DNA of 64,000 bases, from assembly GCA_963702525.1 (NCBI GenBank), contig CAVPCY010000013.1:57616-121615 (forward strand), given 5' to 3'. Position 1 is the first letter of the stretch, and each line of letters opens with the position of its first letter. This DNA is from an uncultured Actinomycetes bacterium. Lineage in GTDB: Bacteria; Actinomycetota; Coriobacteriia; Anaerosomatales; PHET01. This document shows, piece by piece, positions 24,624-36,655 of the stretch. Made by a program: the position numbers and the translations under genes. The notes beneath the pieces are model-generated. The model made no database searches and was not told where the DNA came from. It saw only the letters and a program-made list of their open reading frames with translations.

Positions 24624-25729
24624 TGGGCCCTGCCGATCGCTCGTTTCTCAGGCCCGTCAATCCGGTGCTGCTCGCGGTAGTGGTGCTGCTTGCGGCGTTC
24701 GGGAGTGTGATGGTGCGCTCGGCGGTCTCGGGCATGGACGCCGGCGATGCGATGTTCCGGCGCCACCTGATCGGACTTGCCATCGGAGTCGTGCCGCTGG
24801 TAGTGGCGTGGGCCATCGACTACCGCAAGCTCCAGGGGTGGGTCGGCCCGCTGATGGCCCTGACATGCTTCCTGATCGTGTCGCCGCTGATTCCCGGGCT
24901 GGGAGGCGAGGCGAAGGGGGCTCAGCTGTGGCTGGAGGTCGCTGGAGTCCGGCTGTTCCAACCATCAGAGCCGGCGAAGCTCGTCTACATCGTTGCCATA
25001 GCCGCTGTCATAGCAGGCTTCAAGGGGGTCATCGAGACGCCTCGGCAGGTCCTGAAGGTTGTTGGCATCGCCGCTATCCCGTTCGTGCTGGTTGTGGCGG
25101 TGGGCGACCTTGGGACGGGGCTCGTATTCATCGCCATCACGCTGGGGATGCTGCTCGTGGGCGGGCTGCGTGCCCGCTGGTTCCTGGTGTTTGCGCTGGT
25201 GGGTGCGGTGGCCGTCGGCGTGGTCCTGAAGGCCGACCTGCTGCAGGAGTACCAAGTGAATCGGCTGATGGTCTTCGTCGACCCGACGCTCGATCCGAGC
25301 GGTGCCGGATACAACCTGGAACAGTCGAAGATCGCGATAGGCTCGGGTGAGCTTTCGGGCAAAGGGCTGGGGGAGAGCACTCAAGGCAATCTCAACTTCC
25401 TTCCCGAGCGCCACACGGACTTCATCTTCGCCGTACTGGGAGAGGAACTGGGATTCGCGGGAGCGGTCGTGCTTCTCGGCCTGTATCTGGCTCTGTTGAT
25501 CACGGCACTCGAGGTGTCGGCGTCCGCGCGGGATCTGTTCGGGTCTTTGATCGCAGTCGGGATCATCGCCATGTGGACCTTCCAGATCCTCGAGAACGTC
25601 GGCATGACCGTGGGCCTGATGCCCATTACGGGGATCCCGCTGCCCTTCATGAGCTTCGGCTCTTCGTTCATGGTCACCAACATGGCGGCGGTGGGTATGC
25701 TTCTGTCAGTCTGGACACGTCGAACCTAG
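24620..25729 (+). CDS. rodA: peptidoglycan glycosyltransferase RodA (SEDS family)
   Basis: ATGA overlap with the mrdA stop. SEDS pattern (QPSEPAKL, QSKIAIGSGELSGKG, LPERHTDFIFA, GIPLPFMSFGSS). Confidence 0.9.
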   Translation: MMGPADRSFLRPVNPVLLAVVVLLAAFGSVMVRSAVSGMDAGDAMFRRHLIGLAIGVVPLVVAWAIDYRKLQGWVGPLMALTCFLIVSPLIPGLGGEAKGAQLWLEVAGVRLFQPSEPAKLVYIVAIAAVIAGFKGVIETPRQVLKVVGIAAIPFVLVVAVGDLGTGLVFIAITLGMLLVGGLRARWFLVFALVGAVAVGVVLKADLLQEYQVNRLMVFVDPTLDPSGAGYNLEQSKIAIGSGELSGKGLGESTQGNLNFLPERHTDFIFAVLGEELGFAGAVVLLGLYLALLITALEVSASARDLFGSLIAVGIIAMWTFQILENVGMTVGLMPITGIPLPFMSFGSSFMVTNMAAVGMLLSVWTRRT

Positions 25730-25739
25730 GGAGTCGTCG

Positions 25740-26753
25740 ATGGCGTTTCTGTTCGACATCAAAGACATGATGAGTTCCGGCGCCTCTCTCAGGACCGAGC
25801 GCGAGAAGAACCTTCGCGTGGCCGTCTTCGTGGACGCTGAGGCATCCGATCTGGCCGTTGACGCACTGAAGGATGCCCTCCAACCCCAGATGAGCACAGC
25901 ACGGCTGCACATCGAGCCCGTTGTACCGGGTGACGTTCTCGTGGTTGAGGAGTCTGCAGATGCTGTGATCGCGCTCGCGGGCCCGGGCGCCACACTCGCA
26001 CCTTCCCTCGCCCAGGCGAGGGAGCGGTTCATCCCCACGGTCGTGGTGTCGTTGGGCGAGTCCCAGGCCGATGCTGCCAGGCGGCTTCAGCACCCGGTGC
26101 TCGACACGGTCGCCGATGACGACGCGGAAGAGCTCATCAAGAAGCTAGGACGCTGGCTGGCCGACCGGGTCAGCGGCAAGCGTCTTGCGCTGGCCGCGAA
26201 CTTCGCCTTCGTGCGTCGGGCTGTTGCCGAAGAGGCGATCAAGAACACGGCGTTCCAGAACGCCGTCATCGGCGGCGTGATGATACTTCCCGGTGCGGAC
26301 ATGCCGGTCATGACCGCGAACCAAGGCAAGATGGTGCTGCAGATCGCCGCCGCCTATGGCGAGCCTCTGGGCCCCGAGCGCATCAAGGAGCTCGCTGCTG
26401 TCGTGGGCAGCGCCTTCGTCTTCAGGGCGGTGGCGCGCCAAGCGCTCGCGTTCGTCCCCGGTGTGGGGTGGGCGATCAAGGCGGGCATGGGGTACTCCGC
26501 TACGCTCGGAGTGGGATACGCCGCCCTTGAGTACTTCGAAGAGGGCGGGGATGTACGAGGTCTCGCGACGAAGCTGCGGGAGACCAAGGAGCGCATGCTC
26601 GAGAAGGTGCGGTCCCGTGGTGGCGTCGAGGAGGCGCCGATCCCGGCACACGGTTGGGTCGTCGAAGACGAGCCCTCCGAGCCTGCCGACTTGGTGCTCG
26701 AGGCGGCGTGGGAGGAAGGCGGCGAGGTCGCGGTCGAGCCGGGGGATATGTGA
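25740..26753 (+). CDS. DUF697-like domain protein
   Basis: It starts 10 nt after rodA. The C-terminal half (FQNAVIGGVMILPGADMPVMTANQGKMVLQIAAAYGEPL...VPGVGWAIKAG) resembles DUF697 (YcjF-like) as I recall it. Confidence 0.5.
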   Translation: MAFLFDIKDMMSSGASLRTEREKNLRVAVFVDAEASDLAVDALKDALQPQMSTARLHIEPVVPGDVLVVEESADAVIALAGPGATLAPSLAQARERFIPTVVVSLGESQADAARRLQHPVLDTVADDDAEELIKKLGRWLADRVSGKRLALAANFAFVRRAVAEEAIKNTAFQNAVIGGVMILPGADMPVMTANQGKMVLQIAAAYGEPLGPERIKELAAVVGSAFVFRAVARQALAFVPGVGWAIKAGMGYSATLGVGYAALEYFEEGGDVRGLATKLRETKERMLEKVRSRGGVEEAPIPAHGWVVEDEPSEPADLVLEAAWEEGGEVAVEPGDM

Positions 26754-28609
26754 CCCGCGACGACCTGTGGCCTCGAGTCGAGCCGCTCCTCGCTCAGGTT
26801 GAGCGTCCGGCCCGCTATCTGAACCGCGAGTGGGGTTCGCGCCACAAGGATGCCGAGTACAGGACCGCTCTGCTCTATCCCGACACGTATGAGATCGGAC
26901 AAGCGAATCAGGCCATCGGGATACTGTACGCGGTCCTCAACGGTCTGGATGGGGTGAGTGCTGAGCGCGTCTACCTCCCGTGGGTGGACCTTGGCGATCT
27001 CATGCGCGTGAATGGAGTGCCCCTGTTCACGTTGGAGTCCTGTGCGCCGGTCGCCGATGTCGACCTGCTTGGGGTCACAGTCCCGCACGAGCTGTCCTAC
27101 ACCAACGTCCTCGAAGCGCTCGACCTGGCCGGGATACCGTTTCGCGCCGATCAGCGCGGCGAGGACATGCCGCTCGTGGTGGGAGGCGGCCCCTGCGTCT
27201 ACAACCCCGAGCCCTTCGCCGCCTTCTTCGACGCGATCCTGGTCGGAGAGGGCGAGGACGCGATCGTCGATATCGTTGCGGCGCACCGAGCTGCGAAGAA
27301 GGCCGGGCTCTCGCGAGCGGAGACGTTGCAGCGTCTTGCCGCAGTTGCCGGCGTGTACGTGCCCTCGCTGTATACGCCGCGCTTCGACGACGGGGTATTC
27401 GCGGGCATGGCGGCCTTGCAGGACGCGTCTTCCGTGGTGCGCAAGCGCGTCGTGCGCGATCTTGACGAGCACGAGGTGGCGAACTGCCCGATCGTGCCGT
27501 TCATGGACGTGGTGCACGACCGTCTTGCTCTCGAAGTGCTGAGAGGCTGCACGCGGGGATGCAGGTTCTGCCAGGCGGGTATGGTCTACCGGCCCGTTCG
27601 AGAGCGCAGCGCCGACACCGTGGTCCGCGAAGTCCTCGACGGGTTGAGATGCACTGGCCACAACGAGGCTTCGCTCACGTCGCTGTCGACCGCGGATCAC
27701 AGCCAGCTCGAGGAGATCCTGCGGCGTCTGCAGCGCCGCACCGGTGGTACCGGGGTGTCGGTATCGTTGCCGAGTCTGCGCGTCGATGCTTTCAGTGTCG
27801 AGATGGCCCGGCTGATATCGACCGGCAAGAAGACCGGGCTCACCTTCGCTCCTGAAGCGGGAACGCAGCGGCTGCGCGACGTGATCAACAAGAACGTGAC
27901 CGAGAACGATCTGCTCTCCACGGTGGATCTGGCGTTCTCGGCGGGTTGGCGCCGAGTCAAGCTCTACTTCATGCTCGGCCTGCCCACCGAGACCGACGAC
28001 GATATTCGCGGGATCGGAGCACTCGTCCGCTTGGTGCTGGACACGGCCCGGGCCGCGACCCCGCCTCAGCAGAGGGGAGGCATCCGCATCGGAGTCAGTG
28101 TGTCGACGTTCGTGCCGAAGGCGGGCACGCCGTTCCAGTGGGAGTCCCAGGCCACTCCCGAGACGGTTAGGCACAAGCAGGGCGTCTTGCGCGAGTCGAT
28201 GCCGCGCAAGGGGGTCGACCTTCACTGGCACGACGCGGACGTCTCCTTCGTGGAGGGCGTGATGGCGCGTGGGGGTCGCGAACTCGCCCAAGTGGTAGAG
28301 ACAGCGTGGCGCTCGGGCGCCCGTTTCGACGCCTGGACCGAGCGTTTCAGTCTCAAGACGTGGACGGCGGCGTTCGAGTCGTGCGGCGTGTCGCCTGAGC
28401 ATATCGCGCATACGGAGCGCGATGCTGAGTCCGCTTTGCCCTGGGACCACCTGTCCTCGGGTGTGTCGCGGCGTTACTTGATACGCGAGCGGGAGCGTGC
28501 CTACTCGGCACTCCCCACCGCTGACTGCAGCTTCGACGGCTGCACAGGCTGCGACGCGTGTGACGATCTGGGAGTCGACATCGTGCTCGGGGGAGGCTCG
28601 AGGCGGTGA
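26750..28609 (+). CDS. TIGR03960-type B12-binding-domain radical SAM protein
   Basis: GTGA overlap with the upstream stop. It has a CTRGCRFCQAG radical-SAM cluster and the usual position upstream of a DUF2344 gene and rng. Confidence 0.8.
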   Translation: MTRDDLWPRVEPLLAQVERPARYLNREWGSRHKDAEYRTALLYPDTYEIGQANQAIGILYAVLNGLDGVSAERVYLPWVDLGDLMRVNGVPLFTLESCAPVADVDLLGVTVPHELSYTNVLEALDLAGIPFRADQRGEDMPLVVGGGPCVYNPEPFAAFFDAILVGEGEDAIVDIVAAHRAAKKAGLSRAETLQRLAAVAGVYVPSLYTPRFDDGVFAGMAALQDASSVVRKRVVRDLDEHEVANCPIVPFMDVVHDRLALEVLRGCTRGCRFCQAGMVYRPVRERSADTVVREVLDGLRCTGHNEASLTSLSTADHSQLEEILRRLQRRTGGTGVSVSLPSLRVDAFSVEMARLISTGKKTGLTFAPEAGTQRLRDVINKNVTENDLLSTVDLAFSAGWRRVKLYFMLGLPTETDDDIRGIGALVRLVLDTARAATPPQQRGGIRIGVSVSTFVPKAGTPFQWESQATPETVRHKQGVLRESMPRKGVDLHWHDADVSFVEGVMARGGRELAQVVETAWRSGARFDAWTERFSLKTWTAAFESCGVSPEHIAHTERDAESALPWDHLSSGVSRRYLIRERERAYSALPTADCSFDGCTGCDACDDLGVDIVLGGGSRR

Positions 28610-29298
28610 CGTCAGGCGAGTACAGATTGCGGGTTCGCTATGGCAAGACCGGCAGGCTGCGGTGGTTGTCCCATCTTGAGGTCGTGCACGCCCTCGAAAG
28701 GATGATTCGCCGGGCCGAGTTGCCTTTCGCCGTTACCCAGGGGTTCAGTCCCCACCTCAAGGCCGCCTTCGGCCCCGCGCTGCCGGTGGGGACGGCTGGT
28801 CAGAACGAGTACCTCGACGTCTGGTTGAGGGAGTACACTGATGCAACGCGCGTTGCGGCGCGGCTTGCCGAGGTCTCGCCTGAGGACCTGGCTCCGACGG
28901 CCGCCCGCTACGTCGCGGGAGACGAGCCGTCCTTGACGGCGGCTCTGACGATAGGCGTGTACGAAGTCGGGTTGGATGGAAGGGGGCTGGACCCGGAGAC
29001 GGTGCGCGCGGCGCTCGAGAAGGTCTTGGCGGTGGGCGAGCTGACAGTTGTGAACAAGGGCAAGAACAAGGCTTACGATCTGACGCGCTGCGTCCCGAAG
29101 GACGTTCGCGTCACCGATCGAGAGGGCGGTGTGAGCGTAGAGCTCGCCGTCCGAATGGGACCGCAAGGGTCCCTTCGCCCAGAAGCACTCGTCAGAGCGG
29201 CCATCGAAACGACCGGTACCGAGTTGACCGCCGTGCACACGACGCGGCTGGACACTCTCATCGAATCGGATCAGGGGGTCTGGTCGCAACCGTTGTGA
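28606..29298 (+). CDS. TIGR03936/DUF2344 radical-SAM-associated protein
   Basis: GTGA overlap. The N-terminus YRLRVRYGKTGRLRWLSHLEVVHALERMIRRAELPFAVTQGFSPH is characteristic of the family. Confidence 0.75.
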   Translation: MTSGEYRLRVRYGKTGRLRWLSHLEVVHALERMIRRAELPFAVTQGFSPHLKAAFGPALPVGTAGQNEYLDVWLREYTDATRVAARLAEVSPEDLAPTAARYVAGDEPSLTAALTIGVYEVGLDGRGLDPETVRAALEKVLAVGELTVVNKGKNKAYDLTRCVPKDVRVTDREGGVSVELAVRMGPQGSLRPEALVRAAIETTGTELTAVHTTRLDTLIESDQGVWSQPL

Positions 29299-30818
29299 CG
29301 GGAGTGGACCAGGTGGCCGACGTGGCCCGCGAGATGCTCATCTCGCACGACAGCAACGAGACCCGGGTTGCGCTGCTCGAGGACCGGGAACTCGTAGAGC
29401 TCTACATCGAACGCCCCAAGCGAAGCGTGGTCGGTAACGTCTACCTCGGCCGGGTCAGTGACGTGCTGCCCGGGATGCAGGCTTCCTTCGTCGATATCGG
29501 CTTGGAGAAGAACGCCTTCCTCTATGTTGACGAGGTCGTCGCCCCGGAAGGCATCGAGGGCGTCCCGAAACGCGACATCCAGCGGCTGCTCAAGCCCGGC
29601 CAGCAGCTCATGGTCCAGGTGCTCAAGGACCCGATGGGCACCAAGGGCGCTCGTGTCACCACCGAGATAACGCTCCCCGGGCGATTCCTCGTGCTGATGC
29701 CGTTCTCGCGATTCGTGGGCGTGTCCAAGAAGCTCCCGGACGGCGAGCGCGACCGGCTGCATGCGATCATCGACGATCTGGTGCCCGATGGGATGGGCGT
29801 GATCGTGCGTACTGTGGCTAACGGCGCTTCGGAGCGCGACCTCACAACCGACCTCGAGTTCCTGTCGCGCCTGTGGAAGCGCGTGAAGCATCAGTCCGAG
29901 GAGGCGCTTCCCCCCGAGGTCATCTACACCGAGATGGATCTGGCTCTTCGCTTGGTCAGAGACGTGTTCTCCGATGAGTTCAGACGGATGGTCGTCGACG
30001 ACAAGGCCACCTTCGAGAAGGTGTCGTCGTTTCTGAAGAAGTCCTCTCCGCAACTTGTGAGACGCGTCCAGCTGCACAAGGAGCGCACGCCACTGCTCGA
30101 GTCGTTCGGGATCACCGACGTGATCGAGTCGGCGCTCAGGCGCACCGTTCCACTCGCGAGCGGTGGACACCTGACCATCGACAAGACAGAGGCGCTCACT
30201 TCGATCGACGTCAACACGGGCAAGTTCGTGGGGAAGCGGAGCTTGGAGGAGACGATACTGCGCACCAACCTCGAGGCGGCCGAGGAGGCGGTGAGACAGC
30301 TTCGTCTTCGTGACCTGGGCGGGATAATCGTCATCGACTTCATCGACATGGAACAGCCGGCCAGCAGGACCCAGGTCTCCCAGCGTCTCAGCGCAGCCCT
30401 TGCCAAGGATCGTACCCGCACTCGCATGAGTGAGATGTCGCGCCTGGGCCTCGTCGAGCTCACACGCAAGAACGTGACCGACGGCCTATACGGTGTTCTC
30501 ACGGAGCGTTGCCCGTGCTGCGACGGGGAGGGGCGGGTCGTCTCTCGGCAGACTCGCCGCATCGCTGTCGAGCGACGCATGCGCGAGATTCTCCGAAACG
30601 GCGCTTCCGGCGCGTACCTGTTCGGGCTGAACCCCGACACGTTCAAGCTGATAACAGAGCCGGGCCTCAACGTCGCGGCTGCGCTGCGGGCCGATACGGG
30701 CTCACAGGTGACGATCGTGCCAGACGAAGAGGCGGCTCCAACCGAGGTCAGGGTACTGATCGAGGGCAGGACGGGGCTGTTCGGACGCGTACCGTGGCGC
30801 TCGAGGGCGCAGCGCTGA
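29295..30818 (+). CDS. rng: ribonuclease E/G family (RNase G-like)
   Basis: GTGA overlap. S1 domain (GNVYLGRVSDVLPGMQASFVDIG) and the catalytic-core motif TSIDVNTGKFVG. Confidence 0.88.
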   Translation: MTGVDQVADVAREMLISHDSNETRVALLEDRELVELYIERPKRSVVGNVYLGRVSDVLPGMQASFVDIGLEKNAFLYVDEVVAPEGIEGVPKRDIQRLLKPGQQLMVQVLKDPMGTKGARVTTEITLPGRFLVLMPFSRFVGVSKKLPDGERDRLHAIIDDLVPDGMGVIVRTVANGASERDLTTDLEFLSRLWKRVKHQSEEALPPEVIYTEMDLALRLVRDVFSDEFRRMVVDDKATFEKVSSFLKKSSPQLVRRVQLHKERTPLLESFGITDVIESALRRTVPLASGGHLTIDKTEALTSIDVNTGKFVGKRSLEETILRTNLEAAEEAVRQLRLRDLGGIIVIDFIDMEQPASRTQVSQRLSAALAKDRTRTRMSEMSRLGLVELTRKNVTDGLYGVLTERCPCCDGEGRVVSRQTRRIAVERRMREILRNGASGAYLFGLNPDTFKLITEPGLNVAAALRADTGSQVTIVPDEEAAPTEVRVLIEGRTGLFGRVPWRSRAQR

Positions 30819-30861
30819 TTCGGGCGGACACGCCCGGTACCGTGTCGCGCTCCGAGGCGCG

Positions 30862-30890
30862 TTGACGCACTTCGGCGGCCCTGTTAGCAT
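30862..30890 (+). promoter_or_regulatory. promoter candidate for rplU-rpmA (TTGACG-17-TAGCAT)
   Basis: -35 TTGACG at 30862-30867, a 17-nt spacer, then TGT+TAGCAT at 30882-30890. Confidence 0.55.
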
Positions 30891-30928
30891 ATCTCCTCGC
30901 GTGTTTACCAAGCGATGAAAGGTTTTCG

Positions 30929-31339
30929 ATGTACGCAATCGTTTCCACCGGGGGCAAACAGCTCAAGGTCGCCGAAGGCGATGTAGTCTCCGTCGAGAAG
31001 CTCGATGCCGCTGTAGGGGATAGCGTCACCTTCGATGTGATCTTCTTGGCGGATGAGGGCGATATCGTCGTCGATAGCGACGCGCTTGCCGCCGCCAAGG
31101 TGACCGGCGAGGTCGTCGAGCAGTACAAGGGCGAAAAAGCCATCATCTTCAAGTTCAAGAAGCGTAAGGGCTACAAGCGCCTCAAGGGTCACCGCCAGAA
31201 CCTGACCCGTGTCCGCATCACGGGCGTGGTTGCCGGTGAGCCCAAGAAGAAGGCCGCCCCCAAGAAGAAGGCCGCCCCCAAGAAGACCGAGGAGGTCGTG
31301 GCCGAGACGGCCGAGGCCACGGTCGCTGCAACCGAGTAA
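30929..31339 (+). CDS. rplU: 50S ribosomal protein L21 with a Lys/Ala/Pro-rich C-terminal extension
   Basis: [20 protein letters not shown]...[16 protein letters not shown], with a tail containing [15 protein letters not shown]. Confidence 0.93.
   Translation: MYAIVSTGGKQLKVAEGDVVSVEKLDAAVGDSVTFDVIFLADEGDIVVDSDALAAAKVTGEVVEQYKGEKAIIFKFKKRKGYKRLKGHRQNLTRVRITGVVAGEPKKKAAPKKKAAPKKTEEVVAETAEATVAATE
31241..31288 (+). repeat. 18-bp tandem repeat (about 2.6 copies) inside rplU
   Basis: cccaagaagaaggccgcc occurs twice, followed by the partial copy cccaagaagacc. It encodes (PKKKAA)n. Confidence 0.85.
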
Positions 31340-31356
31340 GGCAGGGATCACGAGAA

Positions 31357-31611
31357 ATGGCTCATAAGAAGGGTCTGGGCTCGACGAAGAACGGCCGCGA
31401 CTCCCGCGCCAAGCGCCTGGGTGTCAAGCGGTTCTCGGGCCAGACGGTCACCACAGGCACGATCATCGTTCGCCAGCGTGGCACGCACATCCATCCGGGT
31501 GAGGGTGTCGGCCGCGGCGGGGACGACACGCTGTTCGCGCTTCGCGAGGGCGTCGTCGAGTTCACTCGCGGCATGAAGCGCCGCGTACACGTTCGACCGC
31601 TCGAGGGCTGA
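31357..31611 (+). CDS. rpmA: 50S ribosomal protein L27
   Basis: [29 protein letters not shown]...IIVRQRGT. Confidence 0.95.
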   Translation: MAHKKGLGSTKNGRDSRAKRLGVKRFSGQTVTTGTIIVRQRGTHIHPGEGVGRGGDDTLFALREGVVEFTRGMKRRVHVRPLEG

Positions 31612-34175
<2,564 letters not shown>

Positions 34176-34206
34176 ACGGCGAGCGCACTGAAGAAGGAGC
34201 GGGTAG

Positions 34207-35460
34207 ATGTCGAGCGTACTACACATGGCCGAGCAGGCCCGCGAGGCAGCTTCCGCACTTGGGATCACCTCCACCGAGCAGCGCAATAAGGCCCTTCTGG
34301 TGATGGCGCATGCGCTGATCACCAAGCAGGACGACATACTCGCGGCCAACAGCGCCGACATGGACGCTGCGCGGGAGGCCGGCACGGGTGCCGGTCTGCT
34401 CGACAGACTCGAGCTCACGCCGGCCCGGCTGAAGTCGATGTCCGAGGCGCTCCGCGCGCTTGCTTCGCTGCCCGATCCTATCGGCGAGGTCATCGAGGGC
34501 CACACTCTCCCCAACGGCATCGAAGCCCGTCAGATCCGCGTGCCACTGGGCGTGGTCGGGATGATCTACGAGGCCCGCCCCAACGTCACTGCGGACGCCG
34601 CGGGGCTGTGCATCAAGACCGGGAACGCCGTGATCCTGCGCGGTGGGTCGATGGCGCACAACAGCAACCTGGCTCTGACCCGAGTGCTCGCGACAGCGGC
34701 GTGCGGTGCGGGAATGCCAGAGGGCTGCATCCAGGCGATCGAGACGACCGATCATTCCGCCGCCGAGGAACTCATGGGGCTGCACGGCTACATAGACGTG
34801 CTCATTCCCAGGGGCGGCGCTGGGCTGATAAGGAGCGTCGTCGAGAACGCCAAGGTACCTGTCATCGAGACGGGTACGGGCAACTGCCACGTCTACATCC
34901 ACGCGGCCGCTGACGCTGAGATGGCTCGCAAGGTGGTCATCAACGCGAAGTGCCAGCGTCCCAGTGTCTGCAACGCTGCCGAGTCGCTGCTGATCGACGA
35001 TGCAATCTACCAGACGGTCCTGCCCTCGATTCTCAAGGAACTCGAGCGCGAGGGCGTGACCCTCTATGCCGACGACAAGACCCGCTCCCTGGGCGCCGTG
35101 ATGCGTATCGAGCCGGCCACCGAGGATGACTGGGCCACCGAGTACCACGAGCTCAAGATGTCGGTGAAGGTGGTTGACGGTCTCGACGAGGCCATTCGGC
35201 ACATCAACCGGTATGGCACCAAACACTCCGAGGCGATCATCACCGGCGACTATGCGGCTGCGCGCAGGTTCCTTCAGGAGGTGGACGCGGCTGCGGTCTA
35301 CGTCAATGCGTCAACACGTTTCACAGACGGTGGCGAGTTTGGGCTCGGGGCGGAGATCGGCATCTCCACGCAGAAGCTGCACGCTCGCGGCCCGATGGGC
35401 CTCACTGCGCTCACCTCGACCAAGTTCATCTTGATGGGAGACGGGCAGATCAGGTCGTGA
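34207..35460 (+). CDS. proA: glutamate-5-semialdehyde dehydrogenase
   Basis: A GAAGGAG SD. Motifs GVVGMIYEARPNVT, CNAAESLL and HSEAIIT. Confidence 0.92.
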   Translation: MSSVLHMAEQAREAASALGITSTEQRNKALLVMAHALITKQDDILAANSADMDAAREAGTGAGLLDRLELTPARLKSMSEALRALASLPDPIGEVIEGHTLPNGIEARQIRVPLGVVGMIYEARPNVTADAAGLCIKTGNAVILRGGSMAHNSNLALTRVLATAACGAGMPEGCIQAIETTDHSAAEELMGLHGYIDVLIPRGGAGLIRSVVENAKVPVIETGTGNCHVYIHAAADAEMARKVVINAKCQRPSVCNAAESLLIDDAIYQTVLPSILKELEREGVTLYADDKTRSLGAVMRIEPATEDDWATEYHELKMSVKVVDGLDEAIRHINRYGTKHSEAIITGDYAAARRFLQEVDAAAVYVNASTRFTDGGEFGLGAEIGISTQKLHARGPMGLTALTSTKFILMGDGQIRS

Positions 35461-36077
35461 TCCGCGGCGCGCGCCTAGGAATCATGGGTGGGACGTTCGA
35501 TCCCATTCACTTCGGTCACCTCGTTACCGCCGAGGAGGCCTTGGTCCAGTTCAACCTGGACCGGGTGGTCTTCATGCCGACCGGGAACCCGGCGGCCAAG
35601 GCGCACGAGGTGGTCACGTCGGCGGAGCACCGATACCTGATGACGGTACTCGCCACCGCGGCAAACCCGGACTTCGACGTCAGCCGGATGGAAGTCGACC
35701 GCCCCGGCCTGACCTACACTGTCGAGACGCTGGCGGCGCTGCGCCAGGAGTATGGCCCCTCGGCGGAGCTGTACTTCATCACCGGCGCGGATGCCGTGTG
35801 GGAGATCGTCACGTGGAAGGACGCCGATCAGGTTGCCGATCTCGCCACGTTCATCGCCGCAACGCGGCCCGGGTACGATCTCGAGGCGGCGCGAGGGCTG
35901 CATGAGCAGGCCGCCACTGGATTCCGGATCGAGTACATCGAGGTGCCCGCGCTGGCGGTCTCGTCGACAGACCTGCGCCGCCGAGTCGCGGAGCGCCGCC
36001 CGATCCGCTACCTGACGCCGGAGTCGGTCGTCGCCTATATCGACAAACACGGTCTCTACCGGGAGATCGGCCAGTGA
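35457..36077 (+). CDS. nadD: nicotinate-nucleotide adenylyltransferase
   Basis: GTGA overlap. Motifs GIMGGTFDPIHFGHL and SSTDLRRRV. Confidence 0.9.
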   Translation: MIRGARLGIMGGTFDPIHFGHLVTAEEALVQFNLDRVVFMPTGNPAAKAHEVVTSAEHRYLMTVLATAANPDFDVSRMEVDRPGLTYTVETLAALRQEYGPSAELYFITGADAVWEIVTWKDADQVADLATFIAATRPGYDLEAARGLHEQAATGFRIEYIEVPALAVSSTDLRRRVAERRPIRYLTPESVVAYIDKHGLYREIGQ

Positions 36078-36655
36078 CCATGGGCGTCTACGAAACCGCG
36101 ACCGCCGCTTTGCGAGACCGTCTCGGAGAGGCAGCGCTCGCCCACAGCGAGCGCGTAGCGGATACGGCCGAAGGCCTTGCCTCCATCTACGGTGTCAGTG
36201 TTGCGTCGGCTCGGCTCGCCGGGTTGCTGCACGACTGGGACCGCGAGGCGAGCCACGACGAACTGCTCGACAGTGCGCGGGGCGAGGGTCTCGCTCTCGT
36301 CGCTGCCGAGGAGGTCCAGCCCAGGCTGCTTCACGCACGCACAGCAGCCGCGTCACTGGCGCGCGACTTCCCCACGTTGCCCGCCGAGGTGGTTTCGGCA
36401 GTCGCGCGACACACCGTGGGTGAAGCCGCAATGGGCGATCTGGACAAGATCGTCTACCTTGCCGACATGCTCGAGCCCGCACGGGACTTCGAGGGCGCGG
36501 ATGACCTCCGCGAGGCCGTGGGCACGCTGACCCTCGACGAGCTGTTCGCTCGCGCTTATCAGCACTCGCTCATGTATCTGGTACGCGAGCGCAAGGTCAT
36601 CCACCCCGACACGGTCGCCGTGTGGAACGCTCACGTGGCCGGGGAGGCTCGATGA
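36074..36655 (+). CDS. yqeK: HD-domain protein YqeK (bis(5'-nucleosyl)-tetraphosphatase type)
   Basis: GTGA overlap. HD motifs (HSERVA...LLHDWDRE) and a conserved position after nadD. Confidence 0.8.
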   Translation: MTMGVYETATAALRDRLGEAALAHSERVADTAEGLASIYGVSVASARLAGLLHDWDREASHDELLDSARGEGLALVAAEEVQPRLLHARTAAASLARDFPTLPAEVVSAVARHTVGEAAMGDLDKIVYLADMLEPARDFEGADDLREAVGTLTLDELFARAYQHSLMYLVRERKVIHPDTVAVWNAHVAGEAR

